DNA from: the human T2T-CHM13v2.0 reference genome, Homo sapiens
Assembly (NCBI RefSeq): GCF_009914755.1
Contig: NC_060933.1
Strand: one strand, 5' to 3'
DNA length: 64,000 nucleotides
Shown here piece after piece: positions 15,292 to 30,559 of this stretch. The translations under genes and the position numbers were made by a program. The notes under the pieces are model-generated. The model had not been told where the DNA came from. It made no database searches and saw nothing but the letters and a program-made list of their open reading frames with translations. Position 1 is the first letter of the stretch, and the number at the start of each line of letters is the position of its first letter.

Positions 15292-15607
15292 TTTCTTTCT
15301 TTCTTTTTTTGTTTTGAGACAGAGTCTTACTCTGTCACTGAGGCTGCAGTGCATTGGCACAATCTCGGTTCACTGCAACCGCTTCCTGGGTTCAAGCGAT
15401 TCTCCTGCCTCAGCCTCCTGAGTAACTGGGACTACAGGCATGCATCATGATACCCTGCTTTTTTTTTTTTTTTTTTTTTGTATTTTTAGTAGAGATGGGG
15501 TTTTGCCATGTTGGTCAGGCTGCTCTAGAACTCCTGACCTCAGGTGATCTGCCTGCCTTGGCCCCCCAAAGTGCTGGGATTACAGGTGTGAGCCACCATG
15601 CCCAGCC
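15292..15607 (-). mobile_element. AluSx inside the ERV protease
   Basis: Alu antisense; TSD-like ggcgctactctttct / ggcactaactctttct. Confidence 0.95.
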
Positions 15608-15822
15608 AGGCACTAACTCTTTCTACATTAAACCCTGGCAATTTTGCTCAACATTTTCCTCATAGGAAGCAAGTAGCAGGTATCTCAAATAACCCACAGA
15701 TTCCTTCTATCTCCTACTGTAACTACAACCTTTGGGTACTTGACTTAAAAACATTTCTCCCTGCTCTATTATAACACTCTTGCAAATTTAATGGGGAGTA
15801 ACTTAATTTTCAAATAGAATTA

Positions 15823-16249
<427 letters not shown>

Positions 16250-18123
16250 TCAACACTCTACCTAACACTCTACAAACTAAAAAAATCCATTTATATGGGA
16301 AATTACTGGAGCAGAACCTAGTCAAGTTCAGAAGTATCCTAGTAAACCATGGTCAAACTTCCCTGATATTCCTTGAAAAACCAGAAGCAAAGGAAGGCTT
16401 CAAAACTGTAGTTGACGACCTTATAACCAAAGACTTTCTCATACGCTGCAATAGCCCATACACCACACTTGTTCTGCTGGTACACTTTTTTCATGACCTC
16501 AGGAAAGATCAACAAAATTGTTTTGCTTTGCTTCCTAGTAGTACCTATCCTGTCATCAATTCTGCCCAAAACCACTTGCTTCACCATATTGAATCTTTAC
16601 TGTGCATTTTTCAGTGTGCTTCCAAACCAGAAGAGGCAACGACTTTGCCTTCATCTGGAGAGGATAACAAATATACCCGGATAGTCATACCCCAGGGGCT
16701 CACTAAAGCCCCCTCTTACTTTCCACAAGTCCTCAATCAAGACTTAAAGATCTAAATTTCACTTGTGATTCGGTTTTGATGCAATATATGCAGGATCAGA
16801 TGATCTCCACTGCTTTCTTCAGAGAACGAGGAAGCTGGTGAGAAGGTGAGAGCAAGTAAATACTTGCTCTCAGCCATAGCAGAAAAAGAACATAATGTTT
16901 CAAAAGATAAATTATAATTTTGTCAAAAGACAGGCTAGTATTTAGGGCATAAGTTATCTTAAGAGGGTGAAATTATTTTGTCTCTATTGGTAGGCAGAAC
17001 ACTATCGAAACTTCACCTCGATGCCTCGCAAAATGACAATTGAGAGGATTTCTAGATTTAACTGGATATTGTAGACAATGGCTGCGAAATTTTTCTGAGC
17101 TTGCAATCTCTTTTTATGAATTGGCCGAGTCCTTAGTGAGAAACTGTCTTTTGTGGGGGCCCAAATATAAATTCTGTAACTCAAGAAGGCTCTTCAGTAG
17201 CCTCTTCCTTTGGTAGTTAGGCACTCCCTTTCATAATTAGGCACCCCTGACTACAATATGCCATTTTGTCTAATTGTGCGTGGACAACTTGTACAAGCTT
17301 TTTTGTTTTTAACTCAATGTCATGGAAACCATCAAAAATTCATCATTTTCCATAGCCTTACCCTTGACCCAGCTGCAAAGGCTTATAGCCCTTGTCTTAA
17401 GGCAACAGCTTCCACTGCAACATTTGTTGATGCTTCTTTTAAACTATTTCTAGGCTCCCCACCTCACATCATGATTCCCTGGCCAGTGTAGACATAACCA
17501 CTGACAAAGAGCATGCAATACTTTCCAACCAGCTGATCAACTTCTTATGAGAGTTTTACTCCCTCTCTCTCGCTTTACTATTCACTGATGCAATTCCTTA
17601 AACTGCCACTCTTCTCCCCCTGCCAGAAGAAGGGAACCTCATGATGGTTATAAGTCAGTTAGGGGAGTTTCTGTACCTCACTCAGATTGATGAGAGACTG
17701 ACTCTTATTGTGAACTCTGATTCAATGTTATTCATTGATGGATCATACCTCAAAACTGATATTGAAAAATATCACTAATTTAAGCTCTACTTTAGAATAT
17801 ATTTTCTATCTGAGGTAAAATCAACCCATATAATGGAATTTATTACACTTACTAGAGCTTGTCAATTAGCTGAAGACCATGTAGTAAACATAGAGCAGGT
17901 ATGCTTTTAGAGTACTACATGAATTTGGGATGCTTTGGGGAAAAAAAGAAATTCATCATCTCTGCTGGAAACCCCATGAAAATGAATAAGTTAAGGCACT
18001 CTACTTTCTAGAGTTGGCTATTTTAAGGTTGAGGCCCATACAAAGAAAGAAGGTAATAGAAAAACTAAAGAAAAAATTCTAACAGAACTTTATGCCAAAA
18101 AAAAAAGCCTTAACTAAAGTTAA

Positions 18124-18452
18124 TGTTTTTGTTTGTTTGTTTGGTTGGTTGGTTTTTGTTTTTTGAGATGGATTCTTGCTCTGTCGCCCAGGCTGGAGTG
18201 CAGTGGCGCCATCTCAGCTCACTACAAGTTCCGCCTCCTGGGTTCACGCCATTCTCCTGCCTCAGCCTCCTGAGTAGCTGGGACTACATGCGCCCGCTGC
18301 CACGCCTGGCCTTTTTTTTTTTTTTTTTTTTTTTAGTAGAGATGGGGTTTCACTGTGTTAGCCAGGATGGTCTCCATCTCCTGACCTCGTGATCCACCTG
18401 CCTCAGCCTCCCAAAGTGCTGGGATTACAAGCGTGAGCCACCGAGCCCGGCC
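18124..18452 (-). mobile_element. AluY/Sc
   Basis: Alu antisense with (GTTT)n tail; TSD ctaaagtta. Confidence 0.95.
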
Positions 18453-18599
18453 TAAAGTTATTGTCTTCTGTAAATCTTCAAAGGAGAAGTTCCTAAGGAT
18501 TCAGATAGGCCATTATAAAATATCAGTGGGTCAACCCCAGTTTCCAAACGGAAGTCTGGAAATTCCACCTCAGACTGGAGCTTCCAAATGTGGCCACCT

Positions 18600-19060
18600 T
18601 TGATTATTCAGGCAGTCTACCTGGGGGACTTACTGACTCACTGTGTGAATAATCAGAGTGAGAATTGTACAAATAGAAAAAAACTGTAAGAAAACCATCA
18701 CCAATAGTTTTATCACCAATAACTCTGGCAGAAGTTAATGACATTGTCTCTTCCCTATACGAAATATAAATCAGCCTCAATTCATTGGTACAAGTAATAA
18801 TAACCACATTTCTCTAGATTTCTTGTTGGCTACTCATGGTAGCTCTGTGTTATTGCTAATACTTCTCACTATATTTGAATCAACGAAACAGGCAAAGTAA
18901 AACAGGCTCTACATCTCACATTTCCTTATGGAAAAAAGATAATTGCCATTCTAAGGCAGATCTTCAAGGTCTGTGGCCTATATGTTCTCTTGGTCTGGGT
19001 TGGAAAATTAGAATTTCTGCTTCTGTAACATTTTATAGGGACTAGTGATTATTTTTGTTT
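18600..19060 (+). pseudogene. ERV env TM remnant
   Basis: ISD-like NNHISLDFLLATHG at ~18798, then (frameshifted) LCVIANTSHYI*INETGKV, a decayed CX6CC motif. Confidence 0.75.
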
Positions 19061-19061
19061 T

Positions 19062-19941
19062 TGAAACCCGACCTTTAAGCCAAAGACAGCCTGACCCCTG
19101 AAAACCCAACTGCCAGTTCTAGGTAGAGTCCACAACCGGAGTGAGAACATCCTCTATGCCTTTTAACCAATAAATGGTGCTTTTTCCAAGACCTCCCCCG
19201 GCCCAATCAGCATGCACTCCCCCATTCTGAGCCCTTAAAAATCCTATACTCAGCCACACAGATGGCTGCCGGCTTTCAGGCCCCCTTTCACACAGAAGTC
19301 TACCCACTTCAGGTCCCCTCTTGTGTTGAGAGCTTTTCTGCCGCTCAATAAAATTCTTCTCTGCCTTTCTCACTCTCTGCTGTCCACACACCTTATTCTT
19401 GTTGGTTGTGGGAACTCCCCAAGCTGCGGGTGACAGTAACAAAGGAGATGTAAGGCACCCCTGTTCACTGGGCTGCAGGCAGCAGGAACCAGAGAGAACT
19501 GTAACATTTCCAGGGGGCTCAGACCTCAGGACTCCCCAAGCAAAAGCTGTAACACCCTTTGGGGCTTTGCAGTTGCTGTCATCTGCAAGTATTCTGGCGC
19601 CACCACCTCCCCTTCATCTCGATACCAACGCCCAATATGGAAGCCAATTGCAGCATGCCCAGTCCAGCTATGAGCTGAGCACGCAGCCACACTGACCACA
19701 GGATCTGGGCCAGTAATGTGAGCCAAGCGCAGCCTGCTGGGCCAAGTGGGCAGAGCAACCCGGCAGGCCTGAGCAAGGGCCGGAACAGAAGTCAGTGCAG
19801 CCACAGAGATTTCCAGCTGGTGAAGCGGCACTGAAGGAATTCTGTAACACTGTAACCTCCCTCTCACTCGCCAAGCAACAGGGGAGAAAAAGCCGCTGGG
19901 CGCCATTCCACCCTGCACACGGAACTACAAAGCGTGCAACA
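19062..19941 (+). mobile_element. Solo LTR of the LTR1/LTR27/LTR28/MER52 group, inserted in env
   Basis: TG...CA; CCAAT boxes; AATAAA ~19347; repeated gctgtaaca motifs; flanks tttt / cttt. Confidence 0.75.
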
Positions 19942-20037
19942 CTTTGGTCATACCTGCCATGATGCAGGTCCATCACATCCTCTGCCAAGTCTTACATTCT
20001 ACTGGGCAGCTGTTCTCACCAGAGATCATTGCCATAC

Positions 20038-20449
20038 TGTGTCCGGAGTTGGTTCCTACTGGTGGGTTCATGGTCTCGCTGACTTCAAGAATAAAGCCAC
20101 AGACCTTCGCTGTGACTGTTACAGCTCTTAAAGATGGCACAGACCCAAACTGAGCACTAGCAAGGTTTATTGTGAAGAGGAAAGCTTCCACAGCATGGAA
20201 AGGGGAGCAGGTTGCCACTGCTGGCTGGGGTGGCCAGCTTTTATTCCCTTATTGGCCCCTCCCATATTCTGTTCCTGTCCTATCAGAATGCCCTTTTTTC
20301 AATCCTCCAGGCAATTGGCTACTTTTAGAATCTGCTGACTGGTGCATTTTACAGAGTGCTGATTGGTGCTTTATACAATCCTCTTGTAAGACAGGGAAGT
20401 TCCCCAAGTCCCCACTGGACCCAGGAAGTCCAACTGGCCTCACCTCTCA
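20038..20449 (-). mobile_element. Solo LTR12 (ERV9), short LTR12F-like form
   Basis: Minus strand starts tgagaggtgaggccagttggacttcctggg...caccaatcagcactctgtaaaatgcacc and ends ...ctccggacaca. Confidence 0.85.
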
Positions 20450-20599
20450 GTGCTGACACAACAACCAAAAGTCAAGACCTCACAATATAGTTTGCAATGG
20501 AGACCACTCGGCAATATCATAGTGGTGAAGATGTGGGTTTCTAGCTGCCCCTGAATTGGTCAATCTCTCGTAAGTAAGAGAATGACCATAATGGGGGGC

Positions 20600-21008
20600 T
20601 GAGAGGATAAATATTCAAATGAGTAGTGGTCAGATGATATGACAATAGAATTCTGATTCACAATCTCTGAAGCCACCAGTCCAGGAAGCCAAACCGCATC
20701 ATTGGCAGTAATTGGTCCCAAGTGGTCAGGATATCATTAATGACTGTTAGCTTCCCTATTTTGCCTTGTTTCCAACTTAGAACCAACCAAATAAAGCAAA
20801 ATATGTTCCCCAAACCAACCACATAAGATACTCTGCTTCTAGTTAACCTACTTCCAACTTCCCCTTGCCAACTACATGCAATCAGAGCATACTTGAAGCC
20901 TTCCCCCACGCTTTCCCTCCCGTTTTTTGCTCACTCTAAAGCTTTCCCACTCCCAAACTTTGAATTAATCACCTGTTCTCATGTGGGTAGTCTACCTTTA
21001 TTTCTACA
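20600..21008 (+). mobile_element. 3' LTR of the provirus, preceded by a PPT (aatgggggg)
   Basis: TG start after the G-run, ends ...tttctaCA, followed by gtaa TSD; homologous to the 5' LTR. Confidence 0.85.
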
Positions 21009-21646
21009 GTAAGGTGCATGCAAGCCTTTTCTAGTCACATTTAAAATGGTGAAAAGCAGCATCATACCAGAAATATTTGATTTTCTACTTTTTGATTAGG
21101 TAAGCAGAGAGGGATGATTTCTGAGTCTTACAAAGAGTACATATCACTTCAGAAACATATGAGTTGTGGAAAGTGATGTCTGCTTTTCTCTATATTATAC
21201 ATAAAACATAGCAAATATCTTACTTTAATGAGCTGGTGTGTGGGGATATAGAGATGACCAAGCTGAAAGGATTCACAATAAGATAACAACTAGAAACTGA
21301 ATCCCTGAAGTGACATCTCTGTGCTTGCAGCCTTTTCTCTGAATATAAAATGCACATTTTTACACAACCCCTGTGAAATCTTAGCACTTTATATCACAAG
21401 GGTAAGTAAAATGCACACGTTTTTAAAAATCAAGTATTTTAAGGTCTCCAAAATGACAGATCTTTTCCCTCTGTGAGTCATATCATGATTTACCTTGAAA
21501 GTATTTTAAGAATATTCTACGACACAAAGAGACTAAGGTTATTCAAATGAGTTTGAAGTCCCTTTAGTTTCTCTTTATTCTCAATGAATTGCAAAGGCAA
21601 CTGCAGTTCCTTACCCTGCTTCCAGCTCTCTGCTGAAGTTGAGGTT

Positions 21647-22135
21647 TGTGGGGGTTCAATCAGGCCAATTGGAAAAATATTAATGATAGTTATAGTAATA
21701 GCCACAAACTCTCTTGGAAAGCCTGAGAGTTTGCATAGCTTCTGATTGTCTGGCTGAAGGCAGCCAGAGTCTCTTTGCAGGAGCTAGAGAGCTTAAGGCA
21801 CAAATACAAAATAATGTAGAGTAGTTTATCTAACTAACTTGTTTTCCTAAGACTAACCTTTGATGTACCCTGGGTGCTTAATTGCTTTCTACTCAGGAAG
21901 TCCACAATGTCAGTTACCCTCTAATGGTGTTTTCCTATGACCTTTGTCAATTAATCTTTACTAAATAAATGCAAGTCTCACTGACTGATCGAGGAGTTGC
22001 AACTGTTTGCAGTACTCTCCAGGGAGTCTGTAGGTGGCTCAGACACTCAGCTGGACTGGCAAAGCAGAATATCTGTGTGTCAGTGTACTTCATTCATCCA
22101 TCGCTGGGTCAGGGTCTGCAGGTTGGACCCTAGCA
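21647..22135 (+). mobile_element. Solo LTR22 (HML-5 / HERV-K22)
   Basis: tgtgggggttcaatcaggc...ggaaaaat start, ...ggtctgcagg...ccctagca end; perfect 6-bp TSD gaggtt (21641 / 22136). Confidence 0.85.
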
Positions 22136-22309
22136 GAGGTTCCTCAAAGGATTCCACATTCTTGGTCACCAAAGCTGTTGTGGTTTTCTTCACCATGGAA
22201 GTAGATAAGTAGCAGGCCTTTGCCCTAATAGTTGGTCAAGTCCCTGCAGGCGCATGGGGACCAGTGTTCTGGCAAATGCTGGTTGGGGAGAACATACAGA
22301 TTTTAATCA

Positions 22310-22690
22310 CTTTTAAAAATAGACTCAGGGGGTACAAGTGCAGTTTTGTTACATGGATATATTGTGTGCTGGTGAAACCTCAGCGTTTAGTGTACCCATC
22401 ACCCAAATAGTGTACAGTGTACCTTTCAGGTAATTTCTCATCCCTCACTTCCCTCTCACCCTTCCAGTGTCTACTGGAGTCTCCAAAATCTCCAATGAGT
22501 CTTCAATGTCTATTCCACTTTTCATGTCCATGGGTACATATTACTTATCTCTCACTTATAAGTGAGAACATGCAGTCTTTGAATTTCTGTTTCTGAGTTA
22601 TATCACTTAAGATAATGGCCTCCAGTTCCATCCATATTGCTGCAAAAAGTATAATTTCATTCTTTTTTATGGCTGAGAAGTATTCCATAC
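22310..22690 (-). mobile_element. L1PB/L1MA 3' end
   Basis: ggggtacaagtgcagttttgttacatggatatattg...cacttataagtgagaacatg...tccagttccatccat. Confidence 0.9.
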
Positions 22691-24519
22691 TTCCCAAACA
22701 GAAATGTTGTACTTGTGATAACATCCAGCCACTTCTTTTATCTTATTTGGAATTCAAAGGGGGCAAATTTCTTCTTATTATTAAGCAGTATATAAAGCAA
22801 CCAAGAATAATCTTCAGACCAAAGAAGACTATTCATGTCCATGAGGATGGCACAGAGAGAGACTGGCATAAGATAAACTGTGAAAGGCAGAGGAATGGAA
22901 GGGTTTAGGGCTTCATAGGTCAGGATAAGCAACTTGAATTTTATTCTGAATGCAATGGGCAATCACTGAAGTGCTTTAGGCAGTGGAGTGACTTTTTCTT
23001 TTCAAGTTTTGAGTGATTGTCCATCTTCAACCTGTAATCCCTCCTATTTACCATAATTCTTCCTTTTTACCAGAATGGTTACAGAGCCAAGTCAAGGGAG
23101 GGGTTGGTACCATTAGAATATAAATAACATTTTCTGAATAGACATAGGGCTTTTCTTGCAACACTAAGTTACCATTACACTTCTAGATAAAACAAATGTG
23201 ATGATTTGTACATGTGCATAGAATCTAGGATGAATTGTACTTTGAGTTCTAGACTCAAATTGGGGTGGTAGAAGTGGAATGGAGCCAGGAAATAGTTAAA
23301 TTCTAGTCTCTGGGGTTCCATTAAGGAGAACAGATCATTCTTATCCTCTTTGGTTATAAAGACCCTAAACTGTCTTTTCCATGCTTGGAATGGGTAATTT
23401 TAAATTTTAAATACATAGAATAAGCAGGCCTTCAGGAATTTATTACTTCACACAGTCCATATGCAGCCCTCTTATTTTGTGCCTTAGCCCCTGTGGACAC
23501 CTCTTCCCAAAGCACCAGATTTTCCTGCTGTTGTAAGTGTGTACAGGACCCAAGGCTAAAGTACCTTACTGACACAGCAGGCTGCTGACCTCACCCCTCA
23601 TCTTCAAAGCATTTTCAAGTTGGAGCATATTTGTGAAATAAATATTATCTTTCTTCCTTCTAATTACAAAATTAATAAATGTTACTTTGTAAAAATAATA
23701 ATTTAAAAATCACTCCTATTTTCATCATTCCCAAATAACAGCTAAAATTTTAGTGCCATCTTTTTTTTAATCTTTCTTGTGCACTCATTTACAGTGTGAG
23801 GTACAGGGAAATTTAAGGAGCAAAGAAGAAGTTTAATTTTTTAAAATCATTTTGAAATTACTAGAAGTATTAAATCCTTAGAGGTTAAGTTCATTTACAT
23901 TGGGAAAACTCTCTTTTTCTCTGGCATGAACCACTTGGACAGTCCCTCTCATGATAACAGGTATAAGGCAAGTGCCCAACGCATGGTTCAGGGGATGGTT
24001 GTAACTATGTTTGTCTTATCAATGGTCTGATAAGTGAGGTTGCTCCTGCTTCTAGAAGTATCTATTTTTCTTTTGCAAATTTATAGAGATATAAAAGAGC
24101 CATTTGTGCAGAAGGGAAGTGGCATCCAGACCATTTCTCTTTGAGCTTCAGTGCCATTTAGAACATGTTTGATAAACTAGGGTGTCTCAGACTCACAAGT
24201 ATTGGGAGAAAAGAGCAACAGTGGCCCATTAAAGGAAACTCAATATAAGTGAAGTGAGGTACTGGCTGGGACTGAACACTTGGGTCACTGCTGATAGGGA
24301 GAATGTGTGGCAGATGCTGACTTCTGTATCAGGATTATCAGTGGTGTTTGAAGCCTGTTGAAGTGGATTGTGGTGAATGCTCGTTCAGTCACACCACTCA
24401 CCCGTTAGTTAAAGGCCATAAGAAGGCAGAAAGGCAGGTTCATCCTGAGTCAGGGTTTGTGAGAGTGATGCCATGCGATGGGCAGAGAGGCTAGGGAAGC
24501 AGCTATCAAACGATAATGT

Positions 24520-24660
24520 ACTTCAGAGGCGCATATTCCATTTGCAGATTTCAAGCTTCATTCATTCCAGATTGAATGGGGCCTAGGAATATGCATTTTA
24601 GCAAGTACCCCTGGTAATTCAGAGGCAGTAGTTTCATGGACCACACTTGGAGAAACACAG
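24520..24660. mobile_element. MER5-like DNA transposon fossil
   Basis: ggggcctaggaatatgcattttagcaag...ggaccacacttggagaaacac. Confidence 0.6.
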
Positions 24661-25742
24661 TTTTGACTAATGATAGAAGAGAGGAAATGGTAAATAATGG
24701 ACGATATTCTTCCTAAGCTTGATAAGATGAGAAACGAATACAGCAGGAGCTAATAGATGGGGAGAAAGTCAGGTGGAATGGATGGAATGAATGCGGTTAC
24801 TGAGTATCAGGATGAGGGGAATTTCATCCTGAGGAGAATATGAGTAAGAAGCATTTTCAAGCAAAATAAAAATCAGATATGACTTTTCCTACTGAAAAGT
24901 CTGAAGTTAAAATAATTAAAACTGCTGTTTGTTCAGAAATCGACAAATCAACAATGAAATGAGGGGTCTCAGAATATAGTGTGCATGTATGAACATAATG
25001 AAAGGTAAAGGTGACATTATAAATGTGTAGGGTCACAGAATATGAACAAAGTGACATAATAACATACAGAAAGGACATTTTGTCTTTTGTGTCACACTGT
25101 GTCTCATCCCCCACAGGAAGTAGGAGCACATGTCCAATGGCATTTAATTAGTAGACACTTTTGAAAACTGAGAGAATATACAACCACCCAACAGTCAGAA
25201 TACCCCTCCCTCTTCTACATAGAGAGGCGGGAGAGACTGATACCAGGTACCTCCAGGTGATTGAAGAGCTAATATTTAGTGAGCAATGAGTGTATGATTT
25301 TGAAATAGACATCTTGTCACTTTTCAGTGTTTTCTACAGATAGAATAGAACCAAGAGAAATGAAGAAGTGTGGTGGTGAGGGAACAGGCTTAGATACAGA
25401 ATGCCAAATATCTCACTGATGGCTTAGGCTACCCGCAAATTGGATACAAATGCTAAAATCACATCCCTGTGGTAGTGAGAGAGAGCAATGATCTTAGGTT
25501 TATGGTAAGGAAGAGATTTCTATGGGAATTCTATGGAGGGGTTACTCAACGTTTTACTGGTGTTCAACTTCAGTATATTGCCTAACCCATTTAAAGACTT
25601 GTCTTTGTGTAGTATTTGATAGATTAATATATATTTTAATACATTTTTCTACCCAATTTTCCTTATTAAATTAAAAAACTGTGGTTCAGAGTGATAAAGG
25701 GTATTGAAGTTGGTACCATTAGAATATAAATAACATTTTTCT

Positions 25743-26219
<477 letters not shown>

Positions 26220-26381
26220 TCATGAGATCTGATGGTTTTTTTGTAAGAGGAAGTTTCGCCTGTTTTCTTTTTCCTGCTGCCTTGTGAAGAAGATACTTGC
26301 TTCTCCTTTGCCTTCCGCCATGATTGTAAGTTTCCTGAGCCCTCCCCAGCCACGTGGAACTGTGTCAATTAAACCTGTTTC

Positions 26382-28005
26382 CTGAGAGGTGCTCCAGCCT
26401 CCGCGCGGTCAGCGCCGTAGTGTCCGGCCTGCCGCATGCCCTGCAGGTAGCGCCCCCGCCTGCGGCCCAGAGTGCACTCGCGCCTGCGCCATCTCCCGGA
26501 AAAATTTCGCGCCACGCAGAGATGACAGCCAAGGAGATGAAGGCGACCGAGAGTGCGGCGCAGCCGGCGCCGCTGCCCAAGAAGGAAGTGGACGTCAGCC
26601 CCAAACAGGATGAAGGAGTGCTGAAGGTCATCAAGAGAGAGGGCACAGGTACAGAGATGCCCATGACTGGGGACCTAGTCTTTGTCCACTACACTGGCTG
26701 GCTGTTAGAGGGCACAAAGTTTGACTCCAGCGTGGATCGCAAGGACAAATTCTCCTTTGACCTGGGAAAAGGGGAGGTCATCAAGGCTTGGGACATTGCC
26801 GTAGCAACCATGAAGGTGGGGGAGGTGGGCCACATCACCTGCAAACCAGGATATGCCTAGGGTTCAGCAGACAGTCCTCCAACGATCCCCCCATAACGCC
26901 ACGCTTGTGTTTGAGGTGGAATTGTTTAAGGAAGAAGATCTGACGGAAGAGGAAGATGGGGGAATCATCCGCAGAATAGGGACTCGCGGTGAAGGCTATG
27001 TCAAGCCCGATGAGGGCGCTATGGTGGAGGTTGCGCTGGAAGGGTGCTGCAAGGACCAGCTCTTTGACCAACGGGCGCTCCGCTTTGAGGTTAGCGAGGG
27101 GGAGAACCTGGATCTGCCTTATGATCTGGAGAGGGCCATTCAGCACTTGGAGAAAGGAGAACATTCCACTGTGTACCTCAAGCCCAGCTATGCTTTTGGC
27201 AGTGTTGGGAAGGAAAAGTTCCAAATCCCACCAAATGCCGAGCTGAAATATGAATTACATCTCAAGAGTTTTGAAAAGGCCAAGGAATCTTGGGAGATGA
27301 TTTCAGAAGAGAAGCTGGAACAGAACACCATAGTGAAAGAGCAGGGCAGTGTGTACTTCAAGGAAGGCAAATACAAGCAAGCTTTACTACAGTGTAAGAA
27401 GATTGTGTCCTGGCTGGAATATGAGTCTAGTTTTTCCAATGAGGAAGCACAGAAGGCACAGGCCCTTCGACTGGCCTCTCACCTCGACCTGGCCATGTGT
27501 CAGCTGAAACTACAGGCCTTCTCTGCTGCCATTGAAAGTTGTAACAATGCCCTAGAACTGGGCAGCAACAACGAGAAGGGCCCCTTCCGCCGGGGAGAGG
27601 CCCACCTGGCGGTGAATGACTTTGAACTGGCATGGGCTGACTTCCAGAAGGTCCTGCAGCTCTACCCCAACGACAAAGCCGCCAGGGCCCAGCTGGCTGT
27701 GGGTCAGCAGCGGATCCACAGGCAGCTTGCCTGGGAGAAGTTCTATGCCAAAATGTTTGAGAGGCTGGCTGAGGAGGAGAACAAGGCCAAGGCAGAGGCT
27801 TGCTCAGGAGACCATCCCACTGACACAGAGATGAAGGCGGAGTGCAAGAGCAACACGGCGGGAGCCAGTCTCAGGTGGAGACAGAAGCATAGCGCCTCTC
27901 ACCAGCCCTACTCCTGAGGCTGCCTGCCCCCCAGCCTCCCCACTCCACCCTGTTAGTTTTGTAAAAACTGAAGAATTTTGAGTGAAAACAAAACAAAACA
28001 AAAAA
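26382..28005 (+). pseudogene. FKBP4P: FKBP4 (FKBP52) processed pseudogene: 5'UTR, full CDS 26522-27892, short 3'UTR, A-rich tail
   Basis: Intronless [11 protein letters not shown]...[17 protein letters not shown]...TPR...VETEA*; nonsense TAG at codon 113 (26858), +1 frameshift ~26894, small in-frame deletions, -1 frameshift ~27862; (AAAAC)n tail. Confidence 0.97.
26395..26600. promoter_or_regulatory. Small CpG-island-like segment (FKBP4 5'UTR copy)
   Basis: 25 CpGs counted in 26401-26600, against a CpG-poor background. Confidence 0.7.
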
Positions 28006-28381
28006 CTCCTCTTTCATTTATAAATTACACAGTCTCAGGTATTTCTTTATAGTAGTGTGAAAATTGAATAAAACACATAATTTCACCTTGTAAGGTGAAT
28101 CCTCCTTGGTTCTCATGTAACCAATGTTTTAACACTCTTCTTTAAAAGGGCTTTTCTTAATGTTGGAAAAATTTCCCAAAACAAAAAGTGCAATAGGGAC
28201 ATATTAAATTTAGCAACCAAAGTGAACAATGTCTATTTTGTTTCTAGTTTCCTCTAGTCACTGTGCTCCTTGGTCACTCCCACACCCTAAATTCCGAAAC
28301 AAGTGGGCACTCAAATCAGTAAGACCACAGTGGCACTCAAATAAAAAGCCCTCCCAGCATCCCTCTTATTTCCCCTAGGAG

Positions 28382-28701
<320 letters not shown>

Positions 28702-28711
28702 TATTTTATGA

Positions 28712-29031
<320 letters not shown>

Positions 29032-29438
29032 CCTTCTTATTTCTTAATTAATTTATTTATTGAGGAGCCATGTAGGGAGACCTAGTGTACAAGCTTCCTG
29101 CATTTAGAATCAGTTGGACTTAATTTCTCTCTAATGCTTGTTTTCTTATCTGTGATTTGGTGGTCATAATAATACTTATATAAGAGGGTATGATTATTCC
29201 GAGGACTTATGGAAGTAAAGTGCTTAAAATGCTTATCACAGAGCCTGACACATAGTAGCCTCTAAAAATTTGTTACCAGGCACTGCGTTGGTAACATAAA
29301 AAAAAATTCTCCTGTTTTCAAGTATACTACTGTTTCACAAGGGAGAGAAAAAAACATAAAAATAAAATTAAAAGTTAATTTTAATTAACTTTAATTAAAA
29401 GTTTATTCTAAAGATATAGTAGGTAAATTTTTATCTGA

Positions 29439-30292
<854 letters not shown>

Positions 30293-30427
30293 CCTACAGA
30301 TATCTAACTGACCTAGTAAATTTTATGGAAAAGACTATCTTTTTGTCCGTTGAATGGAAGTGGCATCTTCAGGAATATGTATCTAAAATATCTATTCTGC
30401 CTTAATTATAGTGTTTATAGTAAAATA

Positions 30428-30454
30428 ATTCTCATATGTAATACATATGAGAAT
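30428..30454. repeat. Perfect AT-rich palindrome, 13-bp arms, 1-nt loop
   Basis: attctcatatgta-a-tacatatgagaat. Confidence 0.9.
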
Positions 30455-30559
30455 ATGTAAATAAATTATGTAATACATAAATATAAATATCATTTATAGT
30501 AAGCTAAGTCAAAGTTTAATTTTTAGCAACATTTATTCAGGATGGATCATAGGCCACAA

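Noticed and set aside
26354-26860. 168-aa LTR-initiated FKBP ORF
   Set aside because: The upstream start is GTG, and the FK1 domain is cut at Tyr113, so it cannot form a complete PPIase
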